Part shown: positions 37,140-47,904 of the stretch, piece after piece | Layout: each line of letters opens with the position of its first letter | Numbering within the stretch: the first letter of the stretch is position 1 | From: Parcubacteria group bacterium Gr01-1014_29 | GTDB taxonomy: Bacteria; Patescibacteriota; Minisyncoccia; Ryanbacterales; 2-02-FULL-48-12 | Direction: 5' to 3' | Length of the DNA stretch: 64,000 nucleotides | NCBI GenBank assembly: GCA_007376195.1 | Contig: VMFT01000002.1 | Span: forward strand, 1,273-65,272 | Notes under the pieces: generated by a model | What the model was told of the DNA's origin: nothing | Databases searched by the model: none | What the model saw: the letters and a program-made list of their open reading frames with translations, nothing else | Translations under genes and position numbers: made by a program

Positions 37140-37533
37140 AGTTGTATTAGATACCAATGTTGTTATTTCTGCGCTTTTTTGGAAAGGTGTCCCCCACACT
37201 ATTGCTGAAAAAGGACTCAAAGGAAGTTTTGTACTTGTAACGTCGCATGAGATTCTAAAGGAGATTAAAGACAAACTTGAGGGAAAGTTCAGATTTCCTA
37301 CAATAGATACTGCCGCTTTTATCGATATTCTTGTACTAAACTCTGAAATTGTTATGCCAGTGGAGAAGCTCAATGTTGTTAGTAAAGATCCTACGGACAA
37401 TAAAATAGTTGAGTGCGCTATTGCTGGTAAAGTTGACTATATTATTTCTGGTGATAAGCATCTTTTGAATATCAAAGGATATGAGGGAGCGAGAATTATT
37501 TCTCCCACAGAATTTCTGAAACTGATTAGTTGA
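37132..37533 (+). CDS. PIN-domain toxin
   Basis: VLDTNVVISA, DPTDNKIVECA, ISGDKHLL. Confidence 0.9.
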   Translation: MIKVVLDTNVVISALFWKGVPHTIAEKGLKGSFVLVTSHEILKEIKDKLEGKFRFPTIDTAAFIDILVLNSEIVMPVEKLNVVSKDPTDNKIVECAIAGKVDYIISGDKHLLNIKGYEGARIISPTEFLKLIS

Positions 37534-37581
37534 CACTGTGTCTTTATTTTGATAGCGTTATTTCTACGTTTTTGTTTACAT

Positions 37582-37992
37582 ATGCCAACAATTAACCAAT
37601 TAGTACGGAAACCGCGCAAGACCGCTCAAGCGAAAGCAAAAACGCCCGTGCTCCGGCGCGGCTTTAACACGGTTCACAATCGGCCTACGGAATACGCGTC
37701 GCCCTTTAAGCGCGGCGTATGTGTGGCGGTGCGTACGACAACGCCAAAAAAACCGAACTCGGCGTTACGTAAAATTGCCCGCGTACGGCTTACCAACGGC
37801 ATGGAAGTAACGGCATATATTCCGGGAGAGGGGCATAACTTACAGGAACACTCGGTGGTGATTATCCGCGGCGGGCGCGTGAAAGATCTTCCGGGTGTGC
37901 GGTACCACATTGTGCGCGGTATGCTGGACGCAAGCGGTGTGGAAGGTCGCAAACAGGGGCGGAGCAAGTATGGAGCAAAGAGACCTAAATAG
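37582..37992 (+). CDS. rpsL: 30S ribosomal protein S12
   Basis: [17 protein letters not shown]. Confidence 0.98.
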   Translation: MPTINQLVRKPRKTAQAKAKTPVLRRGFNTVHNRPTEYASPFKRGVCVAVRTTTPKKPNSALRKIARVRLTNGMEVTAYIPGEGHNLQEHSVVIIRGGRVKDLPGVRYHIVRGMLDASGVEGRKQGRSKYGAKRPK

Positions 37993-37996
37993 GCTC

Positions 37997-38074
37997 TAGA
38001 GGGTTAGGCGCTAGGCTTTAGGAAAAGATATAGAAATGTCTTCTAGAGCCTAAGGCCTAGTGCCTAATTTTCTA
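37997..38074. repeat. TAGGCNN heptamer hairpin
   Basis: TAGAGGGTTAGGCGCTAGGC... / ...GCCTAGTGCCTAATTTTCTA with G-U pairs. Confidence 0.8.
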
Positions 38075-38079
38075 AACAA

Positions 38080-38550
38080 ATGAGACGAAAACCAGCAACA
38101 AAACGAGAAATACCGGCAGATTACAAATGGGACTCCCCGCGAGTTGCCAAGTTTGTAAATATAATCATGTGGGACGGCAAGAAATCAGTTGCCGAACACG
38201 TTGTATATGATGCGTTGGATATCGTTGCAAAAAAAGCGAGCGTGGAAAATCCTGTCGTGGTTTTTGACCTTGCGCTCGACAATGTTGCGCCGCTTGTGGA
38301 AGTGCGTTCGCGCCGCGTAGGAGGTGCAAACTATCAAGTTCCGGTAGAGGTGCGCGGGCCGCGCCGCATGACGCTTGCGATGCGCTGGCTTGCAGCCGCC
38401 GCCCGTTCGCGCAAAGGCGCGCCTATGGCCGAACGCCTCGCGGAAGAGTTGTTTCTGGCATCCAAAAACGAAGGCGTTGCAATAAAGAAGAAACTAGACA
38501 CGCATCGCATGGCGGACGCCAACAAGGCATTTGCTCATTTTGCGTGGTAG
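38080..38550 (+). CDS. rpsG: 30S ribosomal protein S7
   Basis: [19 protein letters not shown]. Confidence 0.98.
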   Translation: MRRKPATKREIPADYKWDSPRVAKFVNIIMWDGKKSVAEHVVYDALDIVAKKASVENPVVVFDLALDNVAPLVEVRSRRVGGANYQVPVEVRGPRRMTLAMRWLAAAARSRKGAPMAERLAEELFLASKNEGVAIKKKLDTHRMADANKAFAHFAW

Positions 38551-38551
38551 A

Positions 38552-39013
38552 AAATCAACGAATAACGAATTAAGTACGAATAAACGAATGAAGGAGTTGA
38601 AAAGAAGTGATTTGGTATATCCCGAATTAAGTTATCGGATTATAGGTTGTGCGTTTGAAGTTTATAACATTTTAGGTCAGGGTCGCCAGGAAAAGCATTA
38701 CCAGAAAGCGTTGGTGGAAGAATTCAAAAACATAGGGCTTGCAATAATTGAACAGGTTTACTATCCTATTTCATTCAAAAATAAAAATATCGGAAAAGAC
38801 TTTCTTGATTTCTTGGTTAATAGTCAGGTAGTTGTAGAAATCAAAAAAGGTGATAGATACTCCAAACAACACATTGATCAAGTATTAGAATATCTTAAAG
38901 TTAGCGACAAACAACTTGCTATCTTAATTAATTTTGGATCGCAGGGTGTCCACTTCAAAAGAATTATAAATTTTAATTCGTAAATTCGTACTTAATTCGT
39001 TATTCGTTGATTT
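38552..39013. mobile_element. Inverted-repeat-bounded GxxExxY cassette
   Basis: 30-bp perfect inverted repeat (38552-38581 / 38984-39013), 36/38 when extended. Confidence 0.75.
38588..38983 (+). CDS. GxxExxY protein (PD-(D/E)XK-like)
   Basis: GRQEKHY, DFLV...VEIK, QVLEYL, LINFG. Confidence 0.92.
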   Translation: MKELKRSDLVYPELSYRIIGCAFEVYNILGQGRQEKHYQKALVEEFKNIGLAIIEQVYYPISFKNKNIGKDFLDFLVNSQVVVEIKKGDRYSKQHIDQVLEYLKVSDKQLAILINFGSQGVHFKRIINFNS

Positions 39014-41107
39014 ATGAGACAATACCCTTTAGAAAAAACTCGTGACTTTGGTATTATCGCTCACATCGACGCTGGCAAAACCACCGTTACCGAGCGCGTT
39101 TTGTTTTACACGGGGGTTTCCCACAAAATCGGCGAGGTGCATGAGGGAAAGGCCATTATGGACTGGATGGAGCAGGAGCGCGAACGCGGCATTACTATCA
39201 CTGCCGCTGCCACAACTTGTTTCTGGAAACGCACCTATGCGCCTGACACGGGAGAATTTCGGTTTAATATTATTGATACCCCGGGCCATGTGGATTTTAC
39301 CGCAGAAGTGGAACGGTCGCTCCGCGTGCTTGATGGAGGAGTGGTGGTGTTTGACGGAGTAGCGGGTGTGGAACCGCAGTCTGAAACCGTATGGCGCCAA
39401 GCCGACAAATACAAAGTGCCGCGCATTTGTTTTATAAACAAGCTTGATCGTATGGGCGCGAGTTTTGAGAAAAGTTTTGCTTCAATTCTCGATCGTCTCA
39501 CACCCAATGCTGTTGCGGTTACCATTCCCATTGGTCTCGAATCAGATTTCGCAGGCATTATTGATTTAGTCCGCATGAAGACGATTAAATTTTTGGGAGA
39601 GCGAGGCGAGCATGTATCAGAATCAGATATTTCGGCAGACAGGAAAGAAGAGGCAAAAAAGTGGCGCGCAGTGCTTCTTGAGAAAGTTGCAGAAACAGAC
39701 GACGTGCTTACGGAAAAGTTTCTTGAAGGAGGTGAAATTTCTGAAGACGAATTGCGAACAGCCCTTCGAAAGGCGACTCTTGCCTACCGCTTGGTCCCCG
39801 TATTTTGCGGGTCTGCTCTCAAGAACAAGGGTGTCCAGATTGTGCTTGACGGTGTCATTGACTATCTTCCCGCGCCGACGGACGTACTGCCCGTTACGGG
39901 GCATGACCCAAAGACAGATGAAGAAATAACACGCCAAGCGCGTGATGATGTTCCATTTGCCGCACTTGCATTTAAGTTGCAGACGGATCCTTATGTGGGC
40001 CAACTGACGTATTTTCGGGTGTATTCTGGCATGCTCGAGGCGGGGTCGTATGTTTTGAACGCGACAAAAGGAGAAAAAGAGCGCGTCGGGCGGATTTTAC
40101 GCATGCATGCGAATGATCGCGAGGATGTAAAAGAAATTTTTGCGGGTGAAATCGGCGCCCTGGTTGGCATGAAGAATACATTTACAGGAGATACGTTGTG
40201 TGATCCCGATCACCCGATTATTTTGGAAAAAATTACGTTCCCGGAACCGGTGGTCGCCATGCGTATTGAGCCAAAGACGAAGGCCGATCAGGAGCGTATG
40301 GGTCTTGCGTTAAAACGCCTGTCTGATGAAGACCCGACGTTTCGCATTAAATCAGACCCTGAAACGCTTGAAACCATTATCGCGGGCATGGGCGAGCTGC
40401 ATTTGGAAATTTTAGTAGACCGCATGAAACGGGAGTTCAAGGTGGACGCAAACATCGGCCGGCCGCAGGTAGCATATAAAGAGACAGTTAAAAAGAAGGC
40501 CGAGGCCGAAGGAAAATATATCCGCCAGTCGGGCGGTAGAGGGCAGTATGGGCATGTGTGGTTGAAGATCGAACCCTTGGAGCGCGGTGCGGGGCTTCTA
40601 TTTGAAGATAAAATAAAAGGAGGTGTGATACCGCGCGAGTATATTTCGGCGGTGGAGAAAGGTGTTCGCGAGGCGGCCGACAAAGGCGTGATAGCCGGCT
40701 TTCCATTCATTGACGCGAAAGTTACTTTGTATGACGGATCATATCACGAAGTAGACTCGTCGGAAGCCGCGTTTAAGATTGCCGGATCCATAGCGTTCCA
40801 GGAAGTTGCTAAACGCGCCAATCCCCTGTTGCTTGAGCCTATTATGAAAGTGGAAGTCGTAACGCCGGATACATTCATGGGAGATGTTACCGGCGATATT
40901 AATTCCAAACGCGGGCGCATTGAAGAGATGTCAGACCGCATGAACGTAAAGGTGATGCAGGCCCAAGTGCCGCTTGCCGAGATGTTCGGTTATGTAACGA
41001 ATCTTCGCTCCATGACCGAAGGCCGCGCAAGCTACACTATGGAATTCAGCCATTATGAGGAAATACCAAAACACGTCGCTGAGCAAATTGTGGAAGGAAG
41101 GAAATGA
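39014..41107 (+). CDS. fusA: Elongation factor G
   Basis: [18 protein letters not shown]. Confidence 0.98.
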   Translation: MRQYPLEKTRDFGIIAHIDAGKTTVTERVLFYTGVSHKIGEVHEGKAIMDWMEQERERGITITAAATTCFWKRTYAPDTGEFRFNIIDTPGHVDFTAEVERSLRVLDGGVVVFDGVAGVEPQSETVWRQADKYKVPRICFINKLDRMGASFEKSFASILDRLTPNAVAVTIPIGLESDFAGIIDLVRMKTIKFLGERGEHVSESDISADRKEEAKKWRAVLLEKVAETDDVLTEKFLEGGEISEDELRTALRKATLAYRLVPVFCGSALKNKGVQIVLDGVIDYLPAPTDVLPVTGHDPKTDEEITRQARDDVPFAALAFKLQTDPYVGQLTYFRVYSGMLEAGSYVLNATKGEKERVGRILRMHANDREDVKEIFAGEIGALVGMKNTFTGDTLCDPDHPIILEKITFPEPVVAMRIEPKTKADQERMGLALKRLSDEDPTFRIKSDPETLETIIAGMGELHLEILVDRMKREFKVDANIGRPQVAYKETVKKKAEAEGKYIRQSGGRGQYGHVWLKIEPLERGAGLLFEDKIKGGVIPREYISAVEKGVREAADKGVIAGFPFIDAKVTLYDGSYHEVDSSEAAFKIAGSIAFQEVAKRANPLLLEPIMKVEVVTPDTFMGDVTGDINSKRGRIEEMSDRMNVKVMQAQVPLAEMFGYVTNLRSMTEGRASYTMEFSHYEEIPKHVAEQIVEGRK

Positions 41108-41230
41108 GTCGCCCGTTTTATTTCCAACAAACATACGCGATCGCGAAAAATGTTGGAAAAAGCACAAACTTGCCTTTTCCGCCAACTTTATCTTCTTGGT
41201 ATTCAATCATTTAGAATTCTTTCTTCAGCT

Positions 41231-41281
41231 AACTTTATAAAGTTCCTTTATTTTGCATAACTTTATAAAGTTTGGTAATAT
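41231..41281 (+). promoter_or_regulatory. Promoter with two palindromic operators
   Basis: AACTTTATAAAGTT at 41231 and 41259; TTGCAT-17-TAATAT. Confidence 0.75.
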
Positions 41282-41287
41282 AAATCC

Positions 41288-42220
41288 ATGACTATTCGTC
41301 AAAAACTGGAAATTATCCAAAAAATGCTGGGATTAACACAGACAAAGCTCGCCGAAAAATTCGGCGTGTCTTTTGCCGCTTTTAACAGCTGGTGGACCGA
41401 AAAATCAAAGCCCCGGCCTAAAATGCAGGCCGCCATAGACGAGCTGTTTTTGGAAGTGACCGGACAAAAAATAATATCCACTGATCAGCTTACAGCAAAA
41501 AAGCAAGCTCTCCGGCAGAAATCGGGAGAACACAAAAATATTGTGACAGAAATTCTGGATAATCCGGATATCCGCGATCAGTTTATTTTAAAGCTCACCT
41601 ATCATAGCAACAGTATTGAGGGTAGTACGCTTACCGAGCCGGATACAGCGGCGATTCTTTTTGACAATGCGGCTCTGCCCAATAAAAGTTTGACCGAACA
41701 ACTGGAAGCGAAGAATCATCAGACTGCTTTGAATTATTTGTTTGATTATGTCGCCAAAAAAGAAAAAGTTGATGAGGCACTGGTACTTAAACTTCATAGT
41801 ATTCTCATGAATGGTATCCGTCCGGATGCCGGTGTATATCGCAATCATGCTGTCAGAATCACCGGCGTTAATTTGCCAACTGCGAATTATATGAGTGTTC
41901 CTAAATTGATGCCAGAGGTAATGGCTCGAGTCGCTCTAAAAAACACAGACATACTTGCAGAGTCCGCCGGTGTTCATAGCAAATTCGAACAAATTCATCC
42001 TTTTTCCGATGGTAACGGCCGTATTGGACGATTGCTTATGAGCACAATGTTACTTAGTGCAAATTTTGCTCCTGCAATAATTCGTCAGGAACAAAAACGG
42101 CTGTATTACACATATCTTTATAAAGCTCAAACCAAAGATGACCACAGCCAACTAGAGGATTTTCTCTGTGAAGCTGTCAGGGACGGGTTCAAGATTTTGG
42201 AACGCACAGACGCGAGATAA
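41288..42220 (+). CDS. XRE-HTH + Fic domain protein
   Basis: LTQTKLAEKFGVS; SNSIEG; HPFSDGNGRIGR. Confidence 0.92.
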   Translation: MTIRQKLEIIQKMLGLTQTKLAEKFGVSFAAFNSWWTEKSKPRPKMQAAIDELFLEVTGQKIISTDQLTAKKQALRQKSGEHKNIVTEILDNPDIRDQFILKLTYHSNSIEGSTLTEPDTAAILFDNAALPNKSLTEQLEAKNHQTALNYLFDYVAKKEKVDEALVLKLHSILMNGIRPDAGVYRNHAVRITGVNLPTANYMSVPKLMPEVMARVALKNTDILAESAGVHSKFEQIHPFSDGNGRIGRLLMSTMLLSANFAPAIIRQEQKRLYYTYLYKAQTKDDHSQLEDFLCEAVRDGFKILERTDAR

Positions 42221-42293
42221 TCGTTCTGCTTTTTGGCAAAAAAATCCCCGGTTCGCTTGCGGCGAATCGGGGGAGTTTGTTTATGAGAAACAC

Positions 42294-42560
42294 TTAGTGC
42301 CGTCGTGGTACAACATGTCGGTAATCAAATGAGCTGTCTAAGCTACTGTTTACATCCCCGCACATGTTACATACACCAACACCAAGGCGTACCGTGACTT
42401 TTGTGTCAGCACGACACTTCGGTACACACCAGAATTCCACATAGTCATGGTCGCAGGTAAAGCGCTGGAACGTTATCACCAAACGTCGTAACATACAAAA
42501 CAGCGATACCCGTTTTACACTGACATGCGGGATCCTGCGGAATAGTACTTCTGTTGCCAT
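42294..42560 (-). CDS. Small hypothetical protein
   Basis: AAAGGAG SD before ATG 42560; Cys-rich. Confidence 0.5.
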   Translation of the reverse strand: MATEVLFRRIPHVSVKRVSLFCMLRRLVITFQRFTCDHDYVEFWCVPKCRADTKVTVRLGVGVCNMCGDVNSSLDSSFDYRHVVPRRH

Positions 42561-42646
42561 TATTCGTCTCCTTTCGGTTTTCTTCATTCTTAGCGCACAG
42601 GTTGCGGCTTGTCAACAGGTGTAATGTTTTCTATTCTATAATAATC

Positions 42647-42958
42647 ATGCTTACAAAACTTGGATATTATCTAGGCCAACAGTCAATTCACAAACCGGTG
42701 CGCTATATTACCTTAAGCGGGGAGGAGTTTGTGGTAATGCCGGCGAAGGACTATGCGCTTCTTACCGGTCTTGACACGGATACCTTGCCAGTGATGGAAG
42801 TGTCTGATACTGTTACAAGTATAGCGCAGGTGGAAGAATCGGAAGAAGAAAAGCAAAACAGCCCAGGCATTTCCTCCGCTAGTGAAACTGGCTCGGCATG
42901 GGCTTTGGCCACTATCTCGCTGGAAGAGGAAATCAGCGTTGATCGGCTGCCGCTCTAG
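42647..42958 (+). CDS. Hypothetical protein
   Basis: Acidic ORF with a Phd-like VVMPAKDY segment. Confidence 0.5.
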   Translation: MLTKLGYYLGQQSIHKPVRYITLSGEEFVVMPAKDYALLTGLDTDTLPVMEVSDTVTSIAQVEESEEEKQNSPGISSASETGSAWALATISLEEEISVDRLPL

Positions 42959-42961
42959 TCA

Positions 42962-43033
42962 TGAAGCTTAAAACATGAAACTTGGAACATTTGTTTTATT
43001 TTTTATGCTTCACGTTTCATGCTTCAAGCTTCA
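42962..43033. repeat. TGAARCN heptamer hairpin
   Basis: TGAAGCT TAAAACA TGAAACT TGGAACA / TGCTTCA CGTTTCA TGCTTCA AGCTTCA. Confidence 0.75.
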
Positions 43034-43116
43034 GGTTAACCCCTTGACGATTTTCCTCTCGATATGGTAAAGTATAAAAACGTTAATTATCATTATAACT
43101 CTAATTTTTACATACT

Positions 43117-44313
43117 ATGGCAACAGAAAAATTTGAGAGGTCAAAACCTCACGTCAATGTAGGCACTATTGGTCATGTAGACCATGGCAAAACTACTCTT
43201 ACCGCAGCAATTCTTCACTCGCTGAATCTCGCGGGCATGAAAGTAAAGTTGGAGAAGGTTGATGATATTGACAAGGCGCCTGAAGAACGCAAGCGCGGCA
43301 TTACCATAGCGCTTCACCACTCGGAATATGAATCCGAGAAGCGGCACTACGCGCACATTGACGCGCCCGGGCACGCGGACTACATCAAGAACATGATTAC
43401 GGGTGCCGCCCAAATGGACGGCGCGGTATTGGTGGTTTCTGCCGTTGATGGTCCTATGCCCCAGACCCGGGAGCACATTCTTTTGGCGCGCCAAGTGGGT
43501 GTGCCGGCTATCGTTGTGTTTCTAAATAAGGTTGACATGGTATCCGATGCGGAATTGATTGACCTTGTGGAAGCTGAAATTCGCGAACTTCTCTCGAAGT
43601 ATGAATTTCCTGGCGATGCCACCCCTATTATCCGCGGTTCTGCCCTAAAGGCGCTGGAAGCAAGTTCCGTGGACGACCAAAACGTAAAGCAGGTGTTGGA
43701 GCTCGTAAAGGCGCTTGACGAGTATATTCCGGAGCCTGTTCGTGAAAAAGAAAAGCCGTTTTTGATGCCGGTAGAAGATGTATTTTCCATTGAGGGGCGC
43801 GGCACGGTAGTCACCGGCCGTATCGAACGCGGTGTGGTAAAAGTAAACGAGGAGGTTGAAATTGTGGGGCTTCGCGACACGCAGCGTACCATTGTCACAG
43901 GCATTGAAATGTTCAATAAATCGCTCGATGAAGGAATCGCGGGAGATAATGCGGGGCTTCTTCTGCGGGGTTTAAAGAAAGAAGATGTTGAGCGCGGGCA
44001 GGTGCTCGCAAAACCAAAGACCATCACCCCGCATACAGATTTTGATGCCGAAGTATATATCCTTACCAAGGAGGAAGGTGGGCGCCACACCCCGTTTTTT
44101 TCAGGCTACAAACCGCAGTTTTATATCAGGACAACAGATGTTACCGGCGATGTAACGCTTCCGCAGGGTACGGAGATGGTCATGCCGGGCGATACGATAA
44201 CATTCCAGGTAAAACTTATTTCGCCGATTGCGCTGGAAGAACGGCAACGCTTTGCTATCCGTGAAGGGGGTCACACGGTGGGCGCCGGCATAGTAACGAA
44301 GATTACGAAATAG
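43117..44313 (+). CDS. tuf: Elongation factor Tu
   Basis: [14 protein letters not shown]; own promoter TTGACG(43044)...TAAAGT. Confidence 0.98.
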   Translation: MATEKFERSKPHVNVGTIGHVDHGKTTLTAAILHSLNLAGMKVKLEKVDDIDKAPEERKRGITIALHHSEYESEKRHYAHIDAPGHADYIKNMITGAAQMDGAVLVVSAVDGPMPQTREHILLARQVGVPAIVVFLNKVDMVSDAELIDLVEAEIRELLSKYEFPGDATPIIRGSALKALEASSVDDQNVKQVLELVKALDEYIPEPVREKEKPFLMPVEDVFSIEGRGTVVTGRIERGVVKVNEEVEIVGLRDTQRTIVTGIEMFNKSLDEGIAGDNAGLLLRGLKKEDVERGQVLAKPKTITPHTDFDAEVYILTKEEGGRHTPFFSGYKPQFYIRTTDVTGDVTLPQGTEMVMPGDTITFQVKLISPIALEERQRFAIREGGHTVGAGIVTKITK

Positions 44314-44337
44314 GCGACAGCATAGCGACGTATCGCA

Positions 44338-44667
44338 ATGGCATCACGAAAAGAAGAAGAAAAACAACGCCTTCGCATCCGCATCAAGGGATACGACCAC
44401 AAGATTATTGATTCAAGCGTGCGGCAGATTGTAGAGACGGTACTGCGGTATGGGGCGGATGTGGTAGGTCCTCTTCCGCTTCCAACGGAGATTCGTAAGT
44501 ATACGGTAAACCGCTCGCCATTTATACACAAAAACGCGCGCGAACAGTTTGAGATGCGGGTGCATAAGCGGCTGATTGACATATTGAATCCCGTGCCAAA
44601 AATTATTGATGCATTAACAAATCTTACGCTTCCCGCAGGCGTTGATATTGAGATTAAGATGGGGTAA
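44338..44667 (+). CDS. rpsJ: 30S ribosomal protein S10
   Basis: [18 protein letters not shown]. Confidence 0.97.
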   Translation: MASRKEEEKQRLRIRIKGYDHKIIDSSVRQIVETVLRYGADVVGPLPLPTEIRKYTVNRSPFIHKNAREQFEMRVHKRLIDILNPVPKIIDALTNLTLPAGVDIEIKMG

Positions 44668-44727
44668 GGGCGGCGAATGAAGAAGCGAAAATACCGGACA
44701 TCGCTCCGGTATTTTTAAAAAGCGATT

Positions 44728-45285
44728 ATGAAATATATTCTGGGTACAAAAAAAGAGATGACGCAGATGTTTCGCGTGGATGGTGTAACGGAACCAGTTA
44801 CGCTTGTTCAGGCTTTGCCGGTGGAGATTTCGCTTATTCGCACCGTGCAAAAAGATGGCTATGAAGCAGTACAGGTGCGCCAAGGCCGGGTGCGCCGCGA
44901 GTTTCGTATAATGGGTGGCGCGATCAGCGCTATCGAAGGCGTCCTCGGCGATACGCTGAATGTTGCGCAGTTTTTGGAGGGACAAAAGGTGACTGTTTCG
45001 GGCATATCCAAAGGGAAAGGATTTCAGGGAGGCGTGAAGCGGCACGGTTTTCACGGTGCGTCTAAAACACACGGCGTTAAGCACGCGCATCGCCAGCCCG
45101 GATCTATCGGCGCGGGCGGTGTGCAACGGGTTCTGAAAGGCCAGCGGATGGCCGGGCGCATGGGCAGTGATCGCGTTACAACCAAAGGGGTGCGCGTGGT
45201 AAAAGTCTATCCGGAGAAAAATCTGATCGCGTTAAAAGGCGGCATACCGGGAAGCAGGGGAAGTTTAGTGGAAATACGAGGATAA
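44728..45285 (+). CDS. rplC: 50S ribosomal protein L3
   Basis: SKGKGFQGGVKRH. Confidence 0.97.
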   Translation: MKYILGTKKEMTQMFRVDGVTEPVTLVQALPVEISLIRTVQKDGYEAVQVRQGRVRREFRIMGGAISAIEGVLGDTLNVAQFLEGQKVTVSGISKGKGFQGGVKRHGFHGASKTHGVKHAHRQPGSIGAGGVQRVLKGQRMAGRMGSDRVTTKGVRVVKVYPEKNLIALKGGIPGSRGSLVEIRG

Positions 45286-45290
45286 GATGA

Positions 45291-45359
45291 TAGGCACTAG
45301 GCTCTAGGCATTAGGGAAAAAATATATGTTCCCAGCTAGTGCCTAAGGCCTAATGCCTA
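45291..45359. repeat. TAGGCNN heptamer hairpin
   Basis: TAGGCACTAGGCTCTAGGCATTAG / CTAGTGCCTAAGGCCTAATGCCTA. Confidence 0.85.
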
Positions 45360-45366
45360 AAAGATC

Positions 45367-46035
45367 ATGGAAACTAGCGTATACAATATGCAAGGGGAAA
45401 AAGTTGGTATGATAGACCTCCCAGCATCTGTGTTTGGCTTGCCGTGGAATGCCGCGCTTGTGCAGCAGGCGGTAGAGGCGGAGCGCAGGAATGCGCGCGC
45501 CGGGACCGCTCATACCAAGGATCGCGGTGAAGTTTCTGGCGGCGGAAAAAAGCCATGGCAGCAGAAAGGCACCGGGAGAGCGCGCCATGGATCCATTCGT
45601 TCGCCGTTGTGGAAGGGCGGCGGCGTTACACACGGTCCCCGCGTTGAGCGGATGTTCAGCGCAAAAATTAATAAGCGCGCGCGCAGGAAAGCGCTTCTTA
45701 CTTCGTTGTCTGAAAAAGCGCGCGATAACGAAATTGTCATATTTGATGTCTTAACATTTGAGGAAGCGCGTACGCGGAATGCCGCGCGCATGTTTCGTAG
45801 TCTGGCAGATCTTTATGTGCCGCGCATCGGCATGAAAGGTGGAACGGTATTGGTGGCGCTTGCTTCGGCTGACAGACAAGCGGTGCGCGCTCTCAAAAAT
45901 TTGGCGTATGTTCAGTCTGCCGAAGCACGGAATCTTTCCGCGCACCAAGTGCTCGCTTCGAAATATATAGCGCTGTCAAAAGAAGCGCTGCCGGTTTTGG
46001 AAACTTTTGCCGAGAAATTAACAAAACATGGGTAA
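45367..46035 (+). CDS. rplD: 50S ribosomal protein L4
   Basis: KPWQQKGTGRARHG. Confidence 0.97.
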   Translation: METSVYNMQGEKVGMIDLPASVFGLPWNAALVQQAVEAERRNARAGTAHTKDRGEVSGGGKKPWQQKGTGRARHGSIRSPLWKGGGVTHGPRVERMFSAKINKRARRKALLTSLSEKARDNEIVIFDVLTFEEARTRNAARMFRSLADLYVPRIGMKGGTVLVALASADRQAVRALKNLAYVQSAEARNLSAHQVLASKYIALSKEALPVLETFAEKLTKHG

Positions 46036-46040
46036 TTTGT

Positions 46041-46394
46041 ATGATATTTGGAAAAAAAGAACAAAAGGTTGATGGTGTGCCAATCGGCGGCAGCGCGCCC
46101 GTTCAGGAGAAAAGTGGTTACGCGGAATATGGCATACTTCGCGCGCCGGTGATAAGCGAGAAAGCATCCTTATTGGCAGGGCAGGGTACGTATGTGTTTT
46201 TTGTGCGCCAGGGAGCGAATAAAATGGCTATCAAGAAGGCGGTGTCCACGCGGTTCGGTGTTGATGTAGTATCGGTACGCATTGGAAAAAAGCCGCAGAA
46301 GCGCATTCGGCGCGGAGCTCATACCGGACGACGGCACGGGTATAAAAAAGCGCTGGTATCGGTGCTTGCCGGGCAGAAGATAGAACTTGCATAA
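46041..46394 (+). CDS. rplW: 50S ribosomal protein L23
   Basis: PVISEKA, YKKALV; synteny. Confidence 0.93.
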   Translation: MIFGKKEQKVDGVPIGGSAPVQEKSGYAEYGILRAPVISEKASLLAGQGTYVFFVRQGANKMAIKKAVSTRFGVDVVSVRIGKKPQKRIRRGAHTGRRHGYKKALVSVLAGQKIELA

Positions 46395-46405
46395 GTTATA
46401 ATTGT

Positions 46406-47230
46406 ATGCGTCAATACAAACCAACAACACCAGGAAGGCGCGGTATGTCTGTAATGTCGCGGCCGTTTCTTTCTTCAGGGCGCCCCCAAAAGAGTCTGGT
46501 GGCGGGGAGAAAACGCGCTGTCGGCCGCAATAACGTCGGCCGCATAACAACGCGACACAAAGGAGGCGGCCACAAGCGTTTGTATCGATTTGTGGATTTT
46601 GGGCAGGAGAAGCGCGATGTTCCCGGGCGTGTGCTTTCATGCGAGTACGATCCGAACAGGACTTCATATATTGCGTTGGTCGCCTATCGCGACGGCGACA
46701 AGCGGTATATACTGCTTGGACAGGAGATGGCAGACGGAGCTGAAATTATCACATCAGAAAAAGCTCCGGTACAACCGGGCAACAGGCTGCCGCTCTCAAG
46801 GATTCCTGTCGGGACATTTGTATATAATGTCGAGGTGCATCCGGGCGGCGGGGGAAAACTTGTTCGCGCTGCCGGTGTGGGCGCCGAAGTTCTTGCGCAC
46901 GATACCCCGTATGTCTTGCTGCGTCTGCCGTCGAAAGAAATCCGCAAGATACAAGAACACTGCTGGGCTTCTGTGGGGCGCCTCAGCGGTGAGGAGCATC
47001 GCTTTGTAACAATAGGCAAAGCGGGTCGGTCGCGTTGGATGGGTAAACGGCCCACCGTGCGAGGGTCGGCAATGAATCCCGTTGATCATCCTTATGGCGG
47101 CGGTGAAGGCCGTGCGCTTCGCGGGACGCGGCGTCCAAAAAATCTTTGGGGGAAAGGAGTGCGGGGAGTAAAGACACGCGGGAAGAAGAAATATTCAAAT
47201 AAACTTATTATAGAGCGGAGGAAAAAATAA
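46406..47230 (+). CDS. rplB: 50S ribosomal protein L2
   Basis: MNPVDHPYGGGEG. Confidence 0.98.
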   Translation: MRQYKPTTPGRRGMSVMSRPFLSSGRPQKSLVAGRKRAVGRNNVGRITTRHKGGGHKRLYRFVDFGQEKRDVPGRVLSCEYDPNRTSYIALVAYRDGDKRYILLGQEMADGAEIITSEKAPVQPGNRLPLSRIPVGTFVYNVEVHPGGGGKLVRAAGVGAEVLAHDTPYVLLRLPSKEIRKIQEHCWASVGRLSGEEHRFVTIGKAGRSRWMGKRPTVRGSAMNPVDHPYGGGEGRALRGTRRPKNLWGKGVRGVKTRGKKKYSNKLIIERRKK

Positions 47231-47236
47231 CATAGT

Positions 47237-47569
47237 ATGAGTCGCAGTTCAAAAAAAGGTCCCTATGTCAATGAGCGTTTGCTGCAGAAACTTTCAAAAG
47301 AAAAGCCGGGAACACGGGCAGTTATTAAGACGTGGGCGCGTAGTTCCATGATAAGCCCCGAGATGGTCGGTTACACTATTGGCGTGCATAATGGCAAAGA
47401 TCATATCGCAGTTACTATTAACGAAGATATGATTGGTCACCGGTTGGGCGAATTCAGCCCTACCAGAAAATTTATTCGCCACGGCGGAAAAATGCAAAAA
47501 GAGCAGGAGCAAAAAGCAAAAACGGCAGCCGCTGCCGCTCCCGCGCCAAGCAGTAAGAAAACAGGATGA
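47237..47569 (+). CDS. rpsS: 30S ribosomal protein S19
   Basis: [19 protein letters not shown]. Confidence 0.97.
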   Translation: MSRSSKKGPYVNERLLQKLSKEKPGTRAVIKTWARSSMISPEMVGYTIGVHNGKDHIAVTINEDMIGHRLGEFSPTRKFIRHGGKMQKEQEQKAKTAAAAAPAPSSKKTG

Positions 47570-47904
47570 AAACAGTGAAAGCACAACTGAAGTATGCGCG
47601 CATATCGCCGCAGAAAGCGCGGCGTGTTGCCGATGTTATTCGCGGTATGTCGGTGCCTGCGGCACATGTGCAATTGGCGATGCTTGGGCAGCGGCCGGTG
47701 TTGGTACTGCGAAAACTTCTTGCTTCAGCCGTAGCGAATGCCAAACAATTAGGGCTTGAGACGAGCCGTCTTATCGTGCAATCGCTTACGGTTAACGAGG
47801 GACCCATGTTTAAACGTTCTATGCCGCGGGCACATGGCCGGGCAACGCCAATTCGGAAACGCACGAGTCATATTGCTTTGGTGGTAGGAGAAAAGGAATT
47901 ATGA
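47566..47904 (+). CDS. rplV: 50S ribosomal protein L22
   Basis: [16 protein letters not shown]. Confidence 0.96.
   Translation: MKTVKAQLKYARISPQKARRVADVIRGMSVPAAHVQLAMLGQRPVLVLRKLLASAVANAKQLGLETSRLIVQSLTVNEGPMFKRSMPRAHGRATPIRKRTSHIALVVGEKEL

Noticed and set aside
36927-37590. Duplicated rpsL start (ATGCCAA) around the PIN TA pair
   Set aside because: The match is too short to distinguish from chance.
41105-41107. Alternative genetic code (TGA = Gly)
   Set aside because: fusA and other conserved genes end at TGA at their expected length.
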